From the sequence record SRR22947725_2259: a DNA stretch of 49,858 nucleotides. One strand, written 5' to 3'. Of this stretch, positions 48,732 to 49,858 are shown piece by piece (positions within the stretch are counted from its first letter, which is position 1; every line of letters starts with the position of its first letter). The notes beneath the pieces are model-generated. The model made no database searches. It was given only the letters and a program-made list of their open reading frames with translations, and was not told the origin of the DNA. A program made the position numbers and the translations under genes.

Positions 48732-49585
48732 AAATGCCGCGAATTAGTGTTGTAATTCCTACTTATGAAAGACCAGATGATCTTGAAAGATGTTTGAATT
48801 CCCTAGATTCGAATAATCAAACAATAAAAGAGAATTTCGAGATAGTTGTCTCTGATGATTCATTAAGTCTTGATAGCAAAAAGCTTGTTAATGCTAAGTT
48901 TCCATCTGTTTCATATGATGAGGGTAAAAGGAACGGACCTGCAGGAAATAGAAACGCTGGTGCAAATCGGGCAACAGGAAATTGGATTGTGTTCATCGAC
49001 GACGACTGTTTCGCAGACCCTCAATATTTAAAAGCATACTTAACAGCTATAATCCAGAATCCTAAAATAGAGGTTTTTGAAGGTCGAATTTACCCTGATC
49101 GGCCAAAAAAAACATGGGCAGAAGGATGTCCTGCAAACGAAGGCGGGGGAATGCTTTGGACCAGTAATCTATGCATAAAAAAGACTTTATTCGATAAGCT
49201 TGGTGGATTAGATGAGCGTTTTAAAGTCGCATTCGAAGATGTCGACTTATCCTACAGGTTAAAAAAACAAAACATAACTTGTTTATTTATTCCAGAAGCT
49301 GCGGTTTGTCACCCATGGAGAACTTTGCGCAAAAGCATAAAAAACTGGAAAACCAAGGGATATCAATGGGAATCACTATATCTTTTTCTTAAAAAGCACC
49401 CCGAAAGCGTTAGTGAATATGGTAACCCTCTCGTTTACATGAGACATGCATTAAGAATGATTACCAAGGACCTTTTTGCCTGTGTTTTTATTCTTAAAGG
49501 AAGGGGAATCGACATACTTTTCTCCCAGTTGAGCTGCACCCTATTTACAATGGTGAGGGTGACCTTAAAAACATGGAAGTATTGA
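48728..49585 (+). CDS. GT2 glycosyltransferase
   Basis: ISVVIPTYER, SDD, RNAG, FIDDD, GGLDERF, EDVD. Confidence 0.93.
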   Translation: MKMPRISVVIPTYERPDDLERCLNSLDSNNQTIKENFEIVVSDDSLSLDSKKLVNAKFPSVSYDEGKRNGPAGNRNAGANRATGNWIVFIDDDCFADPQYLKAYLTAIIQNPKIEVFEGRIYPDRPKKTWAEGCPANEGGGMLWTSNLCIKKTLFDKLGGLDERFKVAFEDVDLSYRLKKQNITCLFIPEAAVCHPWRTLRKSIKNWKTKGYQWESLYLFLKKHPESVSEYGNPLVYMRHALRMITKDLFACVFILKGRGIDILFSQLSCTLFTMVRVTLKTWKY

Positions 49586-49858
49586 GTCAGTCAAATTCTT
49601 TAACCGTTTTTTCTTGTTTTGATTGGTCAACTCCTGGGACACCCGAACTAATTTGCCAAAGTGCAAACTTAGCTAAGATACCCTGTTATTACTTTCCTAA
49701 GCCAACAAGCTTCTTTAAGACAAAATCTAGACTGAATGCCCCCCCCCTCGACGATTTTTATTATGGAAACCTTTCTATACTTGCTACCAGAGTTGCGAGA
49801 CTAAAAGGATTGAACCTGATACAAAATGCATTCGTTACGAGACAACTTGAAAAGGCAT
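49573..49858 (+). CDS. 5' part of the next gene (possibly a glycosyltransferase), truncated by the window edge
   Basis: Frame from ATG 49573 (or TTG 49582 in a TTGA overlap) is open to the end: MEVLSQSNSLTVFSCFDWSTPGTPE...; not in the ORF track. Confidence 0.7.
   Translation, partial: MEVLSQSNSLTVFSCFDWSTPGTPELICQSANLAKIPCYYFPKPTSFFKTKSRLNAPPLDDFYYGNLSILATRVARLKGLNLIQNAFVTRQLEKA
49739..49747 (+). repeat. C9 homopolymer tract within the last CDS
   Basis: gaatgCCCCCCCCCtcg; the longest G/C run I noticed in the window. Confidence 0.9.

Noticed and set aside
1..49858. CRISPR arrays, IS elements, integrases, tRNA/rRNA, defence systems, intrinsic terminators
   Set aside because: None seen by eye; nearly all the sequence is accounted for by glycan-related CDSs, though weak RNA structures could have been missed without computation

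Overview
The whole window lies inside one very large bacterial surface-glycan (O-antigen/LPS or capsule) biosynthesis locus. I count 53 tightly packed CDSs, all on the + strand, truncated at both ends. In order: a carbamoyltransferase with SxtJ-like and SxtK-like partners; a Wzm/Wzt ABC exporter; a nonulosonic-acid-type pathway (SpsF-like cytidylyltransferase, oxidoreductase, aminotransferase, SDR, GNAT, NeuB, acetyltransferase, DUF4910, HP-motif transferase); a block of GT9/GT4/methyltransferase genes; a ~16 kb block pairing three polyprenol-phosphate-type GT2s with four putative GT-C membrane proteins, including an ArnBCAT-like amino-sugar module; and further GTs, FkbM methylases and an AT-rich O-acyltransferase. 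I saw no rRNA, tRNA, CRISPR or mobile element. Points the ORF track misses: three genes appear to need non-canonical start codons (CTG at 1653, ATT at 24890 and 46562), TTG starts and stop/start overlaps are unusually common, and the last truncated gene carries an in-frame C9 tract. Family calls come from recognising motifs by eye, not from database searches, and the taxon cannot be determined from this window.
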